Assembly (NCBI GenBank): GCA_016178705.1
Contig: JACOST010000008.1
Location: 102,069-166,068 of the forward strand
Direction: 5' to 3'
From: Deltaproteobacteria bacterium
GTDB taxonomy: Bacteria; Desulfobacterota; Binatia; HRBIN30; JACQVA1
Length of the DNA: 64,000 nucleotides
Shown: in pieces, positions 61,260 through 64,000 of the stretch
Layout of the letters: the number at the start of each line of letters is the position of its first letter
How positions within the stretch are numbered: position 1 is the stretch's first letter
The notes under the pieces: model-generated
What the model was told of the DNA's origin: nothing
What the model saw: the letters and a program-made list of their open reading frames with translations, nothing else
Database searches by the model: none
Program-made: the position numbers and the translations under genes

Positions 61260-62357
61260 TTAGGTCCTCTCTTCTTTCAACGATCTCAATTTCGGAGATG
61301 CGCGGTGTGATGATCGGGCGGTTCCGAGGCGGGTGTCGTGCTCGGAGGCCCTCGGTCGTGACGCGCGTTGCTGTTGTGGGGAAACGCTACTGGATGGTCT
61401 GGGTGAAGTCAAGCTGGCAAGCGCCAATCTGGCTAGTCCCATCCGGTCGAGCAGGCCGAGCAGATCGTCGGGCAACCCTGCCGAGACGCCGATCGACTTA
61501 CCGGTGTGCGGATGCACAAACTCGATTCGCGCTGCGTGCAGGGCCTGCCGCGACATCGCCAAGGCGGCTGCACGCGCACCGCCACCACCGTAGAGGGCGT
61601 CGCCGACAACCGGATGTCCCAGGGCGGCGAGATGGACGCGAATCTGATGCGTGCGACCGGTTTGCGGCCACACGCGCACCACGCTCATGCCGTTCGTGTC
61701 CGCTACCACTTCGTAGCGCGTAATCGCGGCACGCCCGCCGGCGCGCACACTCATGCGTTTGCGCTGCACCGGATGACGGCCGATCGGCCGCCGGATCTCA
61801 CCTTGACGCTCGCGCAACGTGCCCCACACCAGGGCGAGATACTCCTTGCTGACCTCGCGGGCGCGAAACTGCGCGCCCAACGCGGCCAAGGTCGCGGCGT
61901 CTTTCGCGATCACCAACACGCCCGAGGTATCCTTGTCGAGCCGGTGAACGATTCCCGGCCGCAGCGGGTCGAGATCGGCGGGCCGGCTCTGCCAGCGGTG
62001 CAGTAGCGCACTCACCAGAGTGCCCTGCCAATGGCCCGGCGCCGGATGCACGACCAAACCCGGCGGCTTATTGATGATGAGCAGCCAGTCGTCTTCGTGC
62101 AGCACATCGAGCGGGATGGCTTCCGGCATCACGTCAGCACACGAGGGGTGGCGACGCGCGGGGCGAACTTCAACGCATTGGCCACAGCGCAGCACAGAAC
62201 TGGGTTTCGCCGGCACCCCATCGATCCACACACCACCGTCGGCGATGAGTCGGTGCACTTGCGAACGGGTCCCCCAAGTCCCAACGCCGGCCAAGAAGCG
62301 ATCGAGCCGTTGCCGCGCATCGGCGCGTTCGATCGTAACGGTGAACACGTCCATCAT
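61260..62357 (-). CDS. rluD: RluA-family 23S rRNA pseudouridine synthase (RluD-like) with a ~55-aa basic C-terminal tail
   Basis: S4 domain followed by [12 protein letters not shown] (catalytic Asp). Confidence 0.8.
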   Translation of the reverse strand: MMDVFTVTIERADARQRLDRFLAGVGTWGTRSQVHRLIADGGVWIDGVPAKPSSVLRCGQCVEVRPARRHPSCADVMPEAIPLDVLHEDDWLLIINKPPGLVVHPAPGHWQGTLVSALLHRWQSRPADLDPLRPGIVHRLDKDTSGVLVIAKDAATLAALGAQFRAREVSKEYLALVWGTLRERQGEIRRPIGRHPVQRKRMSVRAGGRAAITRYEVVADTNGMSVVRVWPQTGRTHQIRVHLAALGHPVVGDALYGGGGARAAALAMSRQALHAARIEFVHPHTGKSIGVSAGLPDDLLGLLDRMGLARLALASLTSPRPSSSVSPQQQRASRPRASEHDTRLGTARSSHRASPKLRSLKEERT

Positions 62358-63296
62358 TCAGACTAGCTCTTGCGCCAGCACCGCGCGCGCCGCCGCCACG
62401 TCTTGGTGGATCTGCGTGACCAACGCCTCGGCGTCGGCGAACTTCACCTCACCGCGGATGCGCTTGAGAAACGCCACTTCCACCCGCTGCCGATAGAGAT
62501 CGGCAGCGAAATCGAAAACGTGAGTCTCGATGCTGCGTTCACGATCGCCGAAGGTCGGGTTGAACCCGATGTTGGCGATCGCCGCGCGCCACTGATCGCG
62601 GTACCGCAGGCGTACCGCATATACCCCGTCCGGCGGTAACATCGCCGCCTTCACGCGCAGGTTGGCGGTGGGAAAACCCATCGTGCGACCGCGATGGTGG
62701 CCATGAATCACGCGCCCGGCGATGGTGTGCGGCCGGCCGAGCAGGAGGCGCGCGTGCTCAATCTCCCCCGCGCGCAACGCTCGCCGCACGGCGCTGCTGC
62801 TGGCAACGTGGTCGCCGACACGAACCGGCTCGACCACTTCGACCTCCACGCCAAGTTCGGCGCCCAGTCGACCTAGCACCGCCGCGTTGCCGCCTCGGTT
62901 GTGGCCAAAGCTGACGCTGTGACCAACCACCAGACGCCGCACCCCGAGCCGCTCGACGATCAAGCGCCGAACGAAGTCTTCCGCCGTGATGCGAGCGAAG
63001 CGCAGGCTGAAGCGTTGCGCGATGATCACATCGACACCGCATGCGGCCATCAATTCGAGTCGCTGGCGCAAACCCATGATCACCGCAGCCCCGCGGGCCG
63101 GCGCGAGCACCTGCGCCGGGTGCGGCCAGAAGGTGATGGCGATGGCTTCCCCATCCTGCGCACGCGCCGCGGCGACCGTGCGGGCGAGGATCGCTTGATG
63201 GCCGCAGTGGACTCCGTCAAAGTTACCGAGCGTCAACACCGGCGTCGCAAACCGACGCTCGATGTGCTCGAGATGCCGCAACACGAGCATAGGCAA
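62358..63296 (-). CDS. ribF: Bifunctional riboflavin kinase / FMN adenylyltransferase
   Basis: ...LTLGNFDGVHCGHQAIL... and a C-terminal riboflavin kinase domain (...GFPTANL...). Confidence 0.85.
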   Translation of the reverse strand: MPMLVLRHLEHIERRFATPVLTLGNFDGVHCGHQAILARTVAAARAQDGEAIAITFWPHPAQVLAPARGAAVIMGLRQRLELMAACGVDVIIAQRFSLRFARITAEDFVRRLIVERLGVRRLVVGHSVSFGHNRGGNAAVLGRLGAELGVEVEVVEPVRVGDHVASSSAVRRALRAGEIEHARLLLGRPHTIAGRVIHGHHRGRTMGFPTANLRVKAAMLPPDGVYAVRLRYRDQWRAAIANIGFNPTFGDRERSIETHVFDFAADLYRQRVEVAFLKRIRGEVKFADAEALVTQIHQDVAAARAVLAQELV

Positions 63297-63335
63297 GGTA
63301 TACAGGCGAATGGCCGCGGCGACAGCGCGCCACCG

Positions 63336-64000
63336 TCAGTCGCCGAGACTGCGTAGTTTCTGTCGTCCCTGCTCCGCCTCTTCCGACTTCGGATGATCGC
63401 TGATCAATTTCTGCAGCACGAGGCGGGCATCGAGCTTGTCGCCAGAGTCTTCAAACGCCGCAGCCAGCGTCCACAACGCGCTCGGCACCTTGTCGCCCTT
63501 GGGATACTTGGAGAGCACGTCGTTCAATTCGACGATGGCCTTGTTGTAGTTCTTCTGCCGGTAGTAGCACTCGCCGACCCAATACTGCGCGTTGTCGGCC
63601 AGATCGGACTTGGGATTTTTGCGGATGAAGGCGCGGAACTTCGGCTCGGCTTGATCACATTGACCGGCCTTCACCGCGCGAATGCCGTCGCGATACTCTT
63701 CATCAACCTTGGTGCCTTGCAGCGCGGCGTCTTCGCGTGCGAGCGCCGCTTCAGAAACCGTCAGCGGCTTGGTCGGCTCGGGAGTTGGCGGCGGGGACGC
63801 GACAACGGGCGGCGCTTCACCCGTCGTTGGGGTACCCGGCATCACACCGGCCGGCGGCGATCCCCCCGGCGGCACGCCGACCGGCGGAATAGTCTGCCCC
63901 TGCGCGGCGAGTCGCGCCTCAAGCTCAGCCAGACGCTTCTCCAAGTCTTCCGTTGAGCGCGAACCACCGCGCGCGCCATGACCGCCAGCGCGATTGGCTT
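63336..64000 (-). CDS. cpoB: Tol-Pal system protein CpoB/YbgF-like (coiled-coil + TPR); 5' end beyond the window
   Basis: C-terminal TPR ...NAQYWVGECYYRQKNYNKAIVELNDVLSKYPKGDKVPSALWTLAAAFE... The reading frame is open to the window edge. Confidence 0.6.
   Translation of the reverse strand, partial: ANRAGGHGARGGSRSTEDLEKRLAELEARLAAQGQTIPPVGVPPGGSPPAGVMPGTPTTGEAPPVVASPPPTPEPTKPLTVSEAALAREDAALQGTKVDEEYRDGIRAVKAGQCDQAEPKFRAFIRKNPKSDLADNAQYWVGECYYRQKNYNKAIVELNDVLSKYPKGDKVPSALWTLAAAFEDSGDKLDARLVLQKLISDHPKSEEAEQGRQKLRSLGD

Overview
This is a 64 kb window from a high-GC bacterium. Most of it is conserved housekeeping genes (queG, aguA, nrnA-like, tldD/pmbA, rlpA, pilT/pilU, an EF-G paralog, two tandem coaX copies, birA, nadC, valS, rarA, nadK, recN, truA, asd, leuB, leuA, pssA, psd, ilvC, ilvN, tsaB, rseP, cdsA, uppS, frr, pyrH, tsf, rpsB, rho, rluD, ribF, cpoB). 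A myxobacterial-type cysteine-rich repeat lipoprotein suggests a Myxococcota/Deltaproteobacteria-like origin. Two accessory patches interrupt the core. The first (about 0.4 to 8.3 kb) holds a HEPN-like/nucleotidyltransferase pair, a DUF433/DUF5615 pair lying between an intact GST gene and a diverged copy of its 3' end, a 984-aa TIR–NB-ARC–TPR STAND NTPase (a candidate NLR-like antiphage gene), and a DUF4258/DUF2283-like pair. The second (about 27.2 to 38.5 kb, between valS and rarA) holds an HTH–GHKL-ATPase–STAS fusion, an IS1-family transposase, tRNA-Leu(CAG) followed about 4 kb later by a 45-bp copy of its own 3' end (an island remnant with no integrase), a HigB/HigA-like pair flanked by 48-bp direct repeats, a secreted protein with dockerin-like C-terminal repeats flanked by 35-bp repeats, and a convergent tRNA-Ala(GGC). 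Several insertions in these patches are marked by a direct repeat of a gene 3' end (GST, PPOX-like, higA-like, the secreted protein, tRNA-Leu). Other notable points are a classic leucine attenuator (a 28-codon leader with LLLLGLLL plus alternative hairpins) in front of a truncated leuA paralog and leuA-leuB, an EF-G paralog whose G3 motif has Tyr in place of the catalytic His, a ~70-bp REP/MITE-like element present in two inverted copies, and many intergenic tandem arrays with a 7-nt period whose units also occur in-frame inside the STAND gene. No CRISPR array, integrase or rRNA was seen. All calls come from reading the sequence and ORF translations by eye; no searches were run.
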